Shown here piece after piece: positions 30,341 to 40,433 of a DNA stretch of 64,000 bases. A program made the translations under genes and the position numbers. Position 1 is the first letter of the stretch, and each line of letters begins with the position of its first letter. Source of the DNA: Candidatus Sumerlaeota bacterium. GTDB lineage: Bacteria > Sumerlaeota > Sumerlaeia > Sumerlaeales > Sumerlaeaceae. The stretch covers positions 218,778-282,777 of the forward strand of contig JADFCV010000002.1 of the NCBI GenBank assembly GCA_017161655.1. The letters are read 5' to 3'. The notes under the pieces are model-generated. The model made no database searches. It was not told the origin of the DNA and saw only the letters and a program-made list of their open reading frames with translations.

Positions 30341-31399
30341 TTAGCGCCGCTTGCCACGCCCAGCTTTCGCGCGTGTTTTCGCTCGTGCCTTCTGATCCTT
30401 TTTCGTTTGGGGCTTTTGCGCTGCTGTTTTGGCCTTCTTGCGTTTTTTCTCGGCAGCACCTGATTTTTTTCGGCTAGCTGCCATCACTTTGGCTTTTTCC
30501 TTTGCCACCTTCTTCGCTTTGGGCTTTGCTGCGACTTTTGCCTTAGCTGCCTTCTTGGTCTTTTCGACGTCCTTTGTTTCTGATTTCCGCGGGCGACCAC
30601 GCTTCTTCGGTGCAGCTGGTTCTACTGCTGCCGTAACTTCTGTCTTCCGCGGACGCCCTCGTTTTCTCGGCGTGGGTGGTTGTGAGGGCTGGGCACCAGT
30701 TTCGCTTTTGCGCGGTCTCCCGCGGCGTCGCTTAGGCGCAATTTCTTCCGGTTCTTCGTCTAGTTTCTCTTCGATTGCAGCTATTCTCTCGTCCGCAGCC
30801 ACACTTTCCTTCTCTTCGAGCGCACCGGCCTGTTCTTGCGCTTGTTCCTCCTCAGGGCCAATCTCAGCCTCAGCGGCAGCACGTTCGCTTTCCCACTGTT
30901 CGGGTGGAATGCGGATGAAATCGGTTTCCACTAATTTTTCGAGGGCATCCTTGAGCTGATCAAAGACCCGTTTGAATGTGTCCATCGTCCCACCCATGGG
31001 ATCGGGAATCTGCACGTCCTTCCCATGGTAGCCAACGTACTCTTTGAGTAGGAAGGTTTTCCCCCGCGCCACATCGCTCTCGCGGATGGCTTTCTGAACA
31101 TGAAGCGAGGACATGCCAAGGATGAGGTCTGCTTCCTCAAGCATGTGCACCTTCATGGGACGAGAGCGATGGCGGCTGATGTCCACGCCCTCTTCTCTGA
31201 GAAGAAGTTCAGCTTCTGGGGTAGGCAAGAGACCGGTTGGTGTCATCACGCCGGCCGTTGAAATCTCAATCCAATCGATTCCCCGTTCGTGAAGTAGCTT
31301 TTTCAAATATCCTTCAGCCATCGGGCACCGGCAGTTGTCGCCAGTGTCCAGGAGCAACAGTTTTTTCTTCCGAACGCCAGGCTTCAGCTGGTTGTTCAA
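30341..31399 (-). CDS. LMW-PTP/ArsC-fold protein with degenerate P-loop, fused to acidic tract, 3 AT-hooks and Lys/Ala-rich tail
   Basis: DTGDNCRCPMAEG, STAG, GVDISRHRSR, ADLILGM, IPDPMGG; RGRPRK three times; KAAKAKVAAKPKAKK tail. Probable TTG start 31399 after GGAGGG. Confidence 0.85.
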   Translation of the reverse strand: MNNQLKPGVRKKKLLLLDTGDNCRCPMAEGYLKKLLHERGIDWIEISTAGVMTPTGLLPTPEAELLLREEGVDISRHRSRPMKVHMLEEADLILGMSSLHVQKAIRESDVARGKTFLLKEYVGYHGKDVQIPDPMGGTMDTFKRVFDQLKDALEKLVETDFIRIPPEQWESERAAAEAEIGPEEEQAQEQAGALEEKESVAADERIAAIEEKLDEEPEEIAPKRRRGRPRKSETGAQPSQPPTPRKRGRPRKTEVTAAVEPAAPKKRGRPRKSETKDVEKTKKAAKAKVAAKPKAKKVAKEKAKVMAASRKKSGAAEKKRKKAKTAAQKPQTKKDQKARAKTRAKAGRGKRR

Positions 31400-31507
31400 G
31401 TGTTTTCCCTCCAAGCAAAAAGGTCACAAAAATCGATTCTAACATGATCTTCGCGACCTCGGCAGCCACTCGTGCAAGAATTTTTTGCTAGGATGGGACC
31501 CAAAAAT

Positions 31508-31924
31508 TTAAGCCACAGCACCGAGTTTTGCTTTTCCCATGAGTTGCTGCATAGCCTCCTCAAAAAAGGGCTTTTCAATGAGATCTACGGCCCCAGCGGA
31601 AAGCGCCGTTACCCACAGCTCCTCGTCGCCCACATCCGTGACGACGGCGCAGATCACATCTTTCCTTTCACCGAGAATCTCATCGATCAGTTGGGCTACA
31701 TCCGCGCAAGTCTCACCCGCATCAATCAAGACGAGGTCAACCGCTTCCTGTTCGACGACGTTGTGAGCCTCATCCGGCTGGGAAGCTAACCGATATTGCA
31801 CCGGAATCCCAACCTTTTCCCCTGCACAGCGCGCTAAGCGTTCAGCGAGCTCTTTGTCATTGCTCACTACGAGAGCACGCAATGCATTCCCATGCGACCG
31901 CGTCAAACCGTTTGCACCCAGCAT
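31508..31924 (-). CDS. Single-domain response regulator receiver (atypical)
   Basis: ALVVSND, DLVLID, VVT, AGAVDLIEKPF pattern of a CheY-like fold. Confidence 0.75.
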   Translation of the reverse strand: MLGANGLTRSHGNALRALVVSNDKELAERLARCAGEKVGIPVQYRLASQPDEAHNVVEQEAVDLVLIDAGETCADVAQLIDEILGERKDVICAVVTDVGDEELWVTALSAGAVDLIEKPFFEEAMQQLMGKAKLGAVA

Positions 31925-32188
31925 TGGCGTGACCTCCTAACCTTCTACTTGACCCACTTTTTGGACACCATTTTTCTACGTCAGGTTTCGTAAGGAAAGT
32001 GACACGCACGTGAATTTGCGCGATTGGAACGATTGAACTTATGAGCGCGCCACACATTTGCTGCAACGCGCCTGCCAGGCTTAGTGGTCGGACACGAAAG
32101 CTGATTCTCAAAAAGAGCATCCACCTTTGCAGCGGAAGTCCAAGAGGCGCGCAGCGTCGCCCCTCTCACTCTCCTTCGTTCATCGCGA

Positions 32189-32947
32189 ATGTGGTGCTTC
32201 ACGCTTGAAACCGAACACCCAGCGGCCCCGAACTGTATGCGTCAAGGCGTGAAGACTAGGATTGCCATATATGATTTTGACACCTGTCGCCCAGCCCTTG
32301 AAGCCCATGCCCAAGAGTTGGCGGAGTCGGCAGAAGGACTTGCCCGCTGGGCATCATTCCGGGATTTTATTCAAACCTTTGCTCGTGAGGCTGTAGACAA
32401 TCGCACGTGCGTTATTGGTCAGTTTGATCCTGATGTTGTTTTCGCCTTTGTCCCGGCAGAAGGTTTGGGAGCCAATGATCGCGAAGCTGTGTGGGTCTCG
32501 GTACTTGACCATGCACGTCGACTGATGGGAGGAACCGCCGCTCCCTACTGGCTTGATTTTCTTGACGCGATTGCTCCTGAGGGAATCCCGAAATCACCCA
32601 TTCTCCAAAATTCTTGGCTGGATCCCCACCTTGCACAGGAACTCCAATCGTCGCAGGTTGTGATTTGGGTCTTTTTCAATGCGAGACGTTTTCTGGAAGC
32701 CGTCATTCAGCCACAGCTATCCAAGCGTGGCTTCATGATTTTGCCAGACGAATCTGATGAACAATTGAGCGAACTACGCGTGAAACATCCTGGTTGTCCG
32801 AACAAGGTTTTTCGCATTCCTTGGAACGTGTGGTTTCGCGAAATGGTTGGTGGCGGCTTCAACATGCTCTATCTCATGGCTCTCGTGGCAATCTACTTGC
32901 AGAAACTCGAGCACGCGGTGACAGACAGTGGGCAAAGCGAGCAGTAA
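32189..32947 (+). CDS. Hypothetical protein
   Basis: 252-aa ORF overlapping the start of the next gene; no family recognised; start uncertain. Confidence 0.6.
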   Translation: MWCFTLETEHPAAPNCMRQGVKTRIAIYDFDTCRPALEAHAQELAESAEGLARWASFRDFIQTFAREAVDNRTCVIGQFDPDVVFAFVPAEGLGANDREAVWVSVLDHARRLMGGTAAPYWLDFLDAIAPEGIPKSPILQNSWLDPHLAQELQSSQVVIWVFFNARRFLEAVIQPQLSKRGFMILPDESDEQLSELRVKHPGCPNKVFRIPWNVWFREMVGGGFNMLYLMALVAIYLQKLEHAVTDSGQSEQ

Positions 32948-35225
32948 GCGGCGCTATACGGACGTCGCTCTTTACCGGCGTCTCTTTGGCTATCTCCACG
33001 GCACACGAATGATTGTGGCGCTTCTGGTCGTGTGCATGGTCCTTGAGGGGGCATTCACGGTTCTCACAATTAGCCTTGTCCGGCCGACGCTCGACCTCCT
33101 GGTCAAGAACCGTATTTCCGATTCCTCCAAGGTCCAGCAGAAGGGTGTTTTCGAGATCGGTGCACCTGTGAAGCTACCTGACAACGTTGTGGCAGTGCGC
33201 GCCGTGGGAGAGCTGATTTCCTCACGTGCTGCAGACGAACTGCGTGATCTCTTTGAAGCCGTCATTCGGCCACCCACTCGACGGCTCGTTGTTGATCTTT
33301 CTCAGGTCACGGCCGTCAGCGATGTGGTCTGGGCCCAGTTCCTCTTTGCGAAGCTTCTTACCACTCAAGGCATCAAATTGGATGTCATCGTAGCCGCAAA
33401 CCTCACTTGGCCACCAACCCTTGGTTCGGACGAAAATTTCCGTTTCCTTTCCAGCCTTGATGAGGAGGCCACGCGCATCCTTGCGACTCAAATCGCTCAG
33501 GTCCCCTTGCCCAAGTTGAGCAAGCCGAAAAAAGAAGGCTTTGTTGCCAACCTAAAGCGGCGTGCCGGCGAGGCGGTGATGCCGTACCTTCAAAAGATTC
33601 AAGAATACGTCATGGTGAGCAGCGCCAACAAATTTCGGGTTCTTGCTGGCATTCTGGCGCTGTTAGTCATCTCAGCATTGTGTATGGTGATCGCTTCTTT
33701 TGGCGTCGGCTACCTCAGCGCCTACATGGCCAATCTCTGCGTGACGCGTCTGCGTAATCACGTGATGCGCCACATGCTCCATCTCGATATGGAATTTTTT
33801 AATCGCTACTCAGTTGGCAACCTGATGTCCACTGTGACCCAGGACGTAGCAGCAGTTTCTGGGGCGATCGACATTCTCTTTTCCAACGTTCTAAAAACTC
33901 CAATCACTGTGGCAATGCTCATCGTGGCCATGTTCTTTGTGTCGCCCAAACTAACCCTCTACAGCCTCACGGTGGCGCCTCTCATTGGTCTTCTGCTTTA
34001 CGGAATCGGCCGCCGCGTGCGCAAGGTCAGTCAGCGAATCCAGGAGTTGCGTGCCGTTCTGTCCTCAATTGCCCAGGAATCCTTTGCCGGGATTCGTGTC
34101 GTGAAAGGTTTCAACATGGAAGACCGGCAAGCGGATCGCTACGAGAAGGAAAGCTGGACCGCTTTCAAGCGTGGCCTAAAAACCGTTGTGGCCGAAGAGC
34201 TTGGCACCGGCCTTACGGCCTTCCTTGGTGTTTTCACCGTCGCCGCCATGATTCTCCTTGGTGGCTTTTATGTTCTGCAGACCCGCGAGCTTAGCGGCTC
34301 GGAGTTTGTCCTATTCGTTGTCTTTCTCTCGCAAGTCTTTCGTCCCCTTAAAGGAAGCAGCCGTGTGATTTCGAAAATCCAACGCGGCATGGCCGGAAGC
34401 GACCGCGTGTTCCGGGTCCTGGACCAGCAACCAAATATCAAAGATGATCCTTCGGCTCCCCCGATTGCCGCGCCTCAGCGCGAGATTCGCTTCGAGCATG
34501 TCTGGTTCCGATATCATTCCTCCTCTGACTTTGTGCTGCGCGATATTGATGTGACAATCGAACCAGGCAAAGCACTTGCAATCGTTGGCGAAACGGGGTC
34601 GGGAAAGACCACGCTGGTGAGTCTCTTACCACGTTTCTTTGACCCCAACCAAGGCCGAATCCTTTTCGACGACGTGGACATTCGGACCGTCCGGCTCCGT
34701 TCCCTCCGCGATCTGATTGCCCTCATATCGCAGGACGTTGTTCTTTTCGACGACACAGTCGCCAACAACATCGCCTACGGAATGCCAGCCGACACACCCA
34801 TGGAGCAAATCATTGCGGCGGCCAAAGCGGCAAATGCCCACGACTTCATCATGCGGTTACCAAAGGGGTATGACACGCTTGTCGGAGGTAGGGGAGTCCG
34901 TCTTTCAGGGGGCGAACGCCAGCGCATTTCCATCGCGCGTGCGTTCCTAAAAAACGCTCCCATTCTCATCCTCGACGAGGCAACAAGCCAGCTCGATGCC
35001 GAGACAGAGTCACTGATTCAGCAATCATTGCTCGAAATCATGAAAGACCGCACGGTCTTCGTGGTGGCCCATCGCCTTGCAACCATCTTGCACTGCCACG
35101 AAATTATCGTGCTTGATGCCGGTCGCATAGTCGAGCGAGGGACCCACGACGAGCTCCTTCAACTGGGCGGGCGATATGCGCGATACTATCAACTTCAGTT
35201 TGCCACCGCTGGCGAAAGCTCATGA
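32928..35225 (+). CDS. MsbA-like ABC exporter with a large insert after TM1
   Basis: TM domain plus GETGSGKTT, LSGGERQR, ILDEATS, AHRL; next to GT9 and GT-C genes. Confidence 0.9.
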   Translation: MGKASSKRRYTDVALYRRLFGYLHGTRMIVALLVVCMVLEGAFTVLTISLVRPTLDLLVKNRISDSSKVQQKGVFEIGAPVKLPDNVVAVRAVGELISSRAADELRDLFEAVIRPPTRRLVVDLSQVTAVSDVVWAQFLFAKLLTTQGIKLDVIVAANLTWPPTLGSDENFRFLSSLDEEATRILATQIAQVPLPKLSKPKKEGFVANLKRRAGEAVMPYLQKIQEYVMVSSANKFRVLAGILALLVISALCMVIASFGVGYLSAYMANLCVTRLRNHVMRHMLHLDMEFFNRYSVGNLMSTVTQDVAAVSGAIDILFSNVLKTPITVAMLIVAMFFVSPKLTLYSLTVAPLIGLLLYGIGRRVRKVSQRIQELRAVLSSIAQESFAGIRVVKGFNMEDRQADRYEKESWTAFKRGLKTVVAEELGTGLTAFLGVFTVAAMILLGGFYVLQTRELSGSEFVLFVVFLSQVFRPLKGSSRVISKIQRGMAGSDRVFRVLDQQPNIKDDPSAPPIAAPQREIRFEHVWFRYHSSSDFVLRDIDVTIEPGKALAIVGETGSGKTTLVSLLPRFFDPNQGRILFDDVDIRTVRLRSLRDLIALISQDVVLFDDTVANNIAYGMPADTPMEQIIAAAKAANAHDFIMRLPKGYDTLVGGRGVRLSGGERQRISIARAFLKNAPILILDEATSQLDAETESLIQQSLLEIMKDRTVFVVAHRLATILHCHEIIVLDAGRIVERGTHDELLQLGGRYARYYQLQFATAGESS

Positions 35226-35304
35226 AAAATAGCCAGAAGGCATTCACTTATCGGTCTTGCCGGTTGCAATCAAGCATCACTCACAGATAGCGAAAGCCAT
35301 AAAT

Positions 35305-36510
35305 ATGGTGCAATTCGACGATATTCGCTTCGACTGTACGCATTACACAGGCTACAAGCCATGCCGATTTGGTAACGAATGCAAAGGTTGCTGGCACTAC
35401 GAGCCACGTGAGCCTTATTCCGCCGAGCCCGCCCAACCTCTCCGTACGGATGCGCCAGCCCGTTCGACGAACGACACCTCTCCCTTTCGCATTCTCATCA
35501 TCAAAACGGGGGCAATGGGTGACGTCCTCCGGACGACGACGCTTCTTGCTCCGTTACTTCGTCACTACCAGGGAGCAGAGATTACCTGGGTTACAGATGC
35601 TTCTGCTGTTCCTCTCTTGGTTCACAATCCCAAAATACACCGTCTGCTCACTCTCTCCGAAAAAACGAGAGAAAAACTCGCAAATGAGACATTTGATCTC
35701 TTGCTCAATTTCGAGAAAGATCCTGCTCCGTTAGCGCTAGCTGGCCTCGTCCCCGCGCGTTGCCATCGCGGCTTTGCTCCAACGCTGTGGAATACGCCAA
35801 CGGTCTTCAATGAAGCCTCGCGCTACGCACTGCTTCTCGGTGTCAGCGATGAATTGAAATTCCGTATTAACACGAAAACATATCCACAAATTGTTTCGGA
35901 AATGGCTGAGCTTTCTTATGCCCGAGATCCTTACGAACTCTATCTCTCGGAGCACGCTGTGGCAAAACGCGAAAAGCTTTGCAACGAATTGGCTCAGCGA
36001 GAGAGACCATGGATAGGGTTGAATACGGGCTGCGGGTCTGTGTTTCGCACGAAACTCTGGCCGTTAGACCGTTGGGTTGAACTGATTCGCGAGCTTCAAG
36101 CGACACTTCCTGCGGCAACCTTGCTTTTGCTCGGCGGTCCGGCCGAACGTGAAATGAATGCTCAGATCTTGCAGCAATGTCCGGGCGTCATTCACACTGG
36201 CTGCGACAATTCGTTAGAAGAGTTCTTCGGCATCGTGGATGCGTGCGACCTAGTTGTCAGCTCCGACAGCTTGGCCATGCACATTGCGATTGCTCTTAAA
36301 AAGCACGTGGTCGCACTATTTGGATCGACCTCTGCAACGGAAATCGACCTGTTCGACCGTGGCGAAAAAGTGGTCACCGACTTCGATTGCAGTCCGTGCT
36401 ACCTCAAGAATTGCGACAAGAACCCCACGTGCATGCAGGCCATGACTGGCCGACGTGTCGCTGAAGCGGTTCTCCGCCAACTTCAGTCCGTGGTGGGGAA
36501 TGCTCAATGA
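35305..36510 (+). CDS. Glycosyltransferase family 9 (LPS heptosyltransferase-like)
   Basis: ILIIKTGAMGDVL, KLWP..RW, DSLAMHIA, ALFGST, CSPC....C.....CM; Cys-rich N-terminus. Confidence 0.88.
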   Translation: MVQFDDIRFDCTHYTGYKPCRFGNECKGCWHYEPREPYSAEPAQPLRTDAPARSTNDTSPFRILIIKTGAMGDVLRTTTLLAPLLRHYQGAEITWVTDASAVPLLVHNPKIHRLLTLSEKTREKLANETFDLLLNFEKDPAPLALAGLVPARCHRGFAPTLWNTPTVFNEASRYALLLGVSDELKFRINTKTYPQIVSEMAELSYARDPYELYLSEHAVAKREKLCNELAQRERPWIGLNTGCGSVFRTKLWPLDRWVELIRELQATLPAATLLLLGGPAEREMNAQILQQCPGVIHTGCDNSLEEFFGIVDACDLVVSSDSLAMHIAIALKKHVVALFGSTSATEIDLFDRGEKVVTDFDCSPCYLKNCDKNPTCMQAMTGRRVAEAVLRQLQSVVGNAQ

Positions 36511-38210
36511 TCGCGATGAGAGAAAAGGGGGCATCTTCTGACAAGGTGCCGTTTCCCTCATCTCTTATCGTGCTACGTGGCACACTTCCCGCATTCCTAG
36601 TTTTTTTGGCATCTCTCTGGCTTCTTTCCTTGGGTCAATTCACAGTGCGGCGCATCACGACTGGCCTCGAGCATCCTTACGTCCAGCTCGACAATGAAGA
36701 AGGTGCACTACTGGCGCAGACGCTTGAGCTGCGCGGCGGCACATTACCTTATCGTCCCCTTGTGGATTATCCTTACATCGTTGGGACCTATCCCCCCCTT
36801 TACCTGGCAGCAGCTGCTTTTTGCACGACGGCGGAGACGCCCTCCTTCTATGGGGGGAGACTCGTATCCGCGATTGCCGCGGCGATGTGTCTAGTGGCTT
36901 TGGCAGTAACGGGATGGCGCTTGGGGCGCTCGTTCTTGTCAGCAGTCGTTGCACCGTCTCTTTTCTTGGGGACGTTTGAGGTTTACAGTTGGTCCCCCTA
37001 TTTCCGTACGGATTTTCTGGCGCTTGCTTTTTCGCTGCTAGGACTCTGCGTTGGGCTCTCTTTTTTCCAGAAACGCGTGGCTCTCGTTTTTTCTGCGCTT
37101 CTGTTCGCATGCGCTTTTTTTACAAAACAAACGTCCATCGCTGCCCCATTAGCGTTGTCTGTTGCATTGCTGGGTCGGAACCGCCGAGCTGTCGCGTTGT
37201 TTGTTTTCACCTACCTCAGCGCAGTCGCGATCCCCTTTGCTCTACTCACTTTGCTCACTCGCGGCCAGTTCTTTGTTCACACAGTGCTCTACAATGCTAA
37301 CCGCATGAACTGGCCTGATCTGATTGTATGGGCCAAACATGTTTGGCGTTTCTATCCGTGGCTCCTGGGTCTTGTTGTTGCCGCGCTGGTGTTGCCGCAC
37401 CTCGAAGAATTAAGCGGCAAGTCATCTTCGATAGACCCGTCTAAGAATGACACCAGCGATGCATCAACTCATCCCGCCGGTGACGCAGAATTGTTATCGG
37501 TTACTCCGCCATCTTGCGCTCGTAGCAAGGATTCTCAAGGCGTGCTGAGCAGTGCCGCAGCGATTTATTTCCTCTTCTCTCTTATAAATTTCGTTGCGAT
37601 AGCAAAGGCGGGCAGCGCCGAAAACTATCTCCTGGAACCTCTCGCAGCTGCTGCTCTCCTTGTAGGCACGGCGTTAGGTCGCTTTGCGCGTCCTTCCCCA
37701 TCTGCAAATGACCATTCCTTGCACGTCCAGCGCGTCCTTACTGTATTGTTCCTCTGCCATGCCGTCCACGTTGCTCACTGGGCGCCCGTCATGTTTTCAC
37801 CAGCCAAGCAACCGACGTCCGAAGATTTCAAACTCGCAGCAGTTCTTACGCAGCGTCTGCGCTCGGTCGCCGATCCCGTCATTAGCGAGCTTGCGGGCTA
37901 TACGATTTTCGCGGGGAAAAAAGTGCTCTTTCAGCCTTTTATTATGAGTGAGTTGGCACGGCAGGGTCGCTGGGACGAAAGTCACTTCGTGCGCGACATT
38001 GCCAACCACCGTTTCTCTTTAATTGCCACGACCGTCGATCTTACCACCAACGCCTACTCGGATGCTTTCACACCTGCCATGCGTGAGGCGATTCGGACGC
38101 ATTACGAACGTGCCGAAAAGTTTGAGTCCGGTCAGCTTTGGCGGTATTATCTTTTTTGTCCCAAACGCGATCCTGTCCAGCCGATCACCGGGAAGAAACA
38201 AAGCGGATGA
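36507..38210 (+). CDS. Polytopic GT-C fold glycosyltransferase (ArnT/PMT-like)
   Basis: DNEEG after TM1, YPPLY, GRLVS, RTDFLAL, FTKQT; multiple TMs. Confidence 0.72.
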   Translation: MIAMREKGASSDKVPFPSSLIVLRGTLPAFLVFLASLWLLSLGQFTVRRITTGLEHPYVQLDNEEGALLAQTLELRGGTLPYRPLVDYPYIVGTYPPLYLAAAAFCTTAETPSFYGGRLVSAIAAAMCLVALAVTGWRLGRSFLSAVVAPSLFLGTFEVYSWSPYFRTDFLALAFSLLGLCVGLSFFQKRVALVFSALLFACAFFTKQTSIAAPLALSVALLGRNRRAVALFVFTYLSAVAIPFALLTLLTRGQFFVHTVLYNANRMNWPDLIVWAKHVWRFYPWLLGLVVAALVLPHLEELSGKSSSIDPSKNDTSDASTHPAGDAELLSVTPPSCARSKDSQGVLSSAAAIYFLFSLINFVAIAKAGSAENYLLEPLAAAALLVGTALGRFARPSPSANDHSLHVQRVLTVLFLCHAVHVAHWAPVMFSPAKQPTSEDFKLAAVLTQRLRSVADPVISELAGYTIFAGKKVLFQPFIMSELARQGRWDESHFVRDIANHRFSLIATTVDLTTNAYSDAFTPAMREAIRTHYERAEKFESGQLWRYYLFCPKRDPVQPITGKKQSG

Positions 38211-39106
38211 GGCACGATTCCTCACATCTTGTAGGACGCCTCCTCATGCTGACCTCTGCTCTTTGCTTCGGAGTTATGGCTCTTCTCACCCGCATTCTTG
38301 CTTCTCTTCCCAGTGCCGAGAAGGTGTTCTTCCGAAGTTTTATCGGTCTCCTTCTCACAGCTGCTGCGTTCGTTGTCTTCTGTCGGCCTTTACCTCGGCC
38401 ACGCAATTATCGAGGGCTAATATGGCGCGGGATCTTTGGCAGTTTGGCGCTGCTCTGTTACTTTTACGCTATCGACCGTTGCGGCCTGCCGAAAGCCACA
38501 CTCTATTGTTACACCTATCCCGTGTGGGCGACACTTCTGGCATGGGCCGACTTGGGAGAGCGGCCATCGTCGCATGCCATTCTGGCCACTCTCGTTGCTG
38601 TGCTTGGCGTTGTTTTGACCCTGGAATTTCATGCAGACGCGCTTCTATCATTTTCGCATGCGGATGTCATTGGCCTACTGGCTGGGGCCTTTACGGGGGC
38701 TGCGATTGTCAGCGTTCGGCGCCTTCGTCAGGTTGAGTCTTCATGGTGGATTGTCATCTTCTTCACTTCCATCGGAGCTCTTCTCAGTGCCCCATTTCTT
38801 TTTGTTTCGTTCAAGCCGCCGGCGATGCTTGAGTGGCTAGGACTCATCGCACTTGCAGCGGCCGCCGCTGTGGCTCAGCTTCTGATGACAAAAGCCTATC
38901 GCACGCTCACCGCTGCAGAGGGAAGTTTGCTCTCGCTCACTGTGGTGCCATGGAGCTCCCTCTTTTCTGTCATTTTTCTAAGCGAAGTGCCACCGCTTCG
39001 CTTTTGGATAGGCGCTGCGGTTGTGTTCCTCGCAGTTGGGTGGCTCGTCCTTCACCAGACGAGCACACGTCCTGCCACACTGCCAGAGTCGCCGCTCGTC
39101 GACTGA
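38207..39106 (+). CDS. DMT/EamA family transporter
   Basis: About 10 TMs in two repeats, FFRS, YTYPVW, LGER, AQLLMTKAY; ATGA overlap with the previous stop. Confidence 0.88.
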   Translation: MRHDSSHLVGRLLMLTSALCFGVMALLTRILASLPSAEKVFFRSFIGLLLTAAAFVVFCRPLPRPRNYRGLIWRGIFGSLALLCYFYAIDRCGLPKATLYCYTYPVWATLLAWADLGERPSSHAILATLVAVLGVVLTLEFHADALLSFSHADVIGLLAGAFTGAAIVSVRRLRQVESSWWIVIFFTSIGALLSAPFLFVSFKPPAMLEWLGLIALAAAAAVAQLLMTKAYRTLTAAEGSLLSLTVVPWSSLFSVIFLSEVPPLRFWIGAAVVFLAVGWLVLHQTSTRPATLPESPLVD

Positions 39107-39173
39107 AATTTCACCAGTCAACCTTGAGAAAACTATGCACGTCTGAACCTGTGCAAAGCCAGATGCCTTTGCC

Positions 39174-40433
39174 TTGAGCGACTGTGAGGTGGAAATGGTG
39201 AGTCACAATCATGGGCCAGTGGTTTCCTTGCAACCGCAGCTCCGGCGGCTTGTGGAGCAAGGAGAAATAGGAATTCCTGAACTTGCGGATGCGATCCTCG
39301 ACGGCGCGGAAAGCGTCGCCGCAAGCGATGTCCACATCGAGGCCCATGCCCAGTCCTACGTGGTACGTTTTCGTGTAGATGGAATGCTGCTCGATGTCAT
39401 TTCGATTCCCAAGTCACTCGGGGAAAACCTCATTGGCCGCCTGAAGATGATGGCCCGGGTCCTTACTTACAGGAAACGTGTGCCGCAGGACGGACGGGTA
39501 GAAGCTGGAGGAATCGGGATTAGGGCGGCGTTCATGCCAACCTTGCACGGTGAAAAGGCTGTCCTTCGGCTGCCTGTCGCTAACGTTCCGCAACGTCTTC
39601 ATGAGCTAGGAATGACTGATGACGACCGCACATGCCTAGAACGCGAGCTGATCGGCGGGCACGGAGTGATTTTTCTCACTGGCCCTTCCAGTAGCGGCAA
39701 GAGCACCACCATTTATGCTGCTCTCCGCTACATTCTTGAGCACTCGCCCCTGATACCAAATATTCTCACACTCGAAGATCCCATCGAGCAGGAGGTTCCA
39801 GGCGTCAATCAGACCCAAATCGACCCAGCTGGTGGGCTGACCTTTCCTGCCGGGCTTCGGACTATACTGCGGATGGATCCTGACGTCATTGTCGTGGGGG
39901 AGATTCGCGACGAAGAGACCGCGCGCATTGCTGTCCACGCTGGACTAAGTGGCCATAGAGTCTTAACCACCATTCACTCCGGATCCTGCGCACAGGTCTA
40001 TGCCCGCCTCCTTCACATGGGGATCGAGCCGTTTCTTCTCGCAACCGCAGTCTCTCTCATCATGGCCCAGCGCCTGGCGCGGCGCGTGTGCTCTTCTTGT
40101 GCTCAGCCACGTCCACTCGACCAGTGGGAAACCCGCCTCCTATCCGGGGAAGATTCGAGTGATTTTACCGGTGTGTCAGCCCCAGGGTGCCCAGACTGTT
40201 TCGGGACGGGTGCTCGTGGCCGATTGGCCATATTTGAATTGGCGGTCCCTTCTGCCGCAGTACGTCAAGCTGTCCTGGAGTGCGCGCCAGCACCTTTGAT
40301 CGCGGAGCTTCTCGAGGCGGCGGGAATGCGTCCTTTGCGCGTTGCTCTGCGTAACGCTGTCGTTGCCCACCAAGTTAGCATCGAAGAAGCAATTCGCCTG
40401 ACTGGAGGAATTAGGGATGAACGGGCCAGCTAA
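39174..40433 (+). CDS. GspE/PilB-family secretion/assembly ATPase
   Basis: ASDVHIE, RFRVDG, PQDGR, GPSSSGKST, TLEDPIE, LRMDPDVIVVGEIRD, TIHS, QRLARRVC..C / C..C. Confidence 0.93.
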   Translation: MSDCEVEMVSHNHGPVVSLQPQLRRLVEQGEIGIPELADAILDGAESVAASDVHIEAHAQSYVVRFRVDGMLLDVISIPKSLGENLIGRLKMMARVLTYRKRVPQDGRVEAGGIGIRAAFMPTLHGEKAVLRLPVANVPQRLHELGMTDDDRTCLERELIGGHGVIFLTGPSSSGKSTTIYAALRYILEHSPLIPNILTLEDPIEQEVPGVNQTQIDPAGGLTFPAGLRTILRMDPDVIVVGEIRDEETARIAVHAGLSGHRVLTTIHSGSCAQVYARLLHMGIEPFLLATAVSLIMAQRLARRVCSSCAQPRPLDQWETRLLSGEDSSDFTGVSAPGCPDCFGTGARGRLAIFELAVPSAAVRQAVLECAPAPLIAELLEAAGMRPLRVALRNAVVAHQVSIEEAIRLTGGIRDERAS

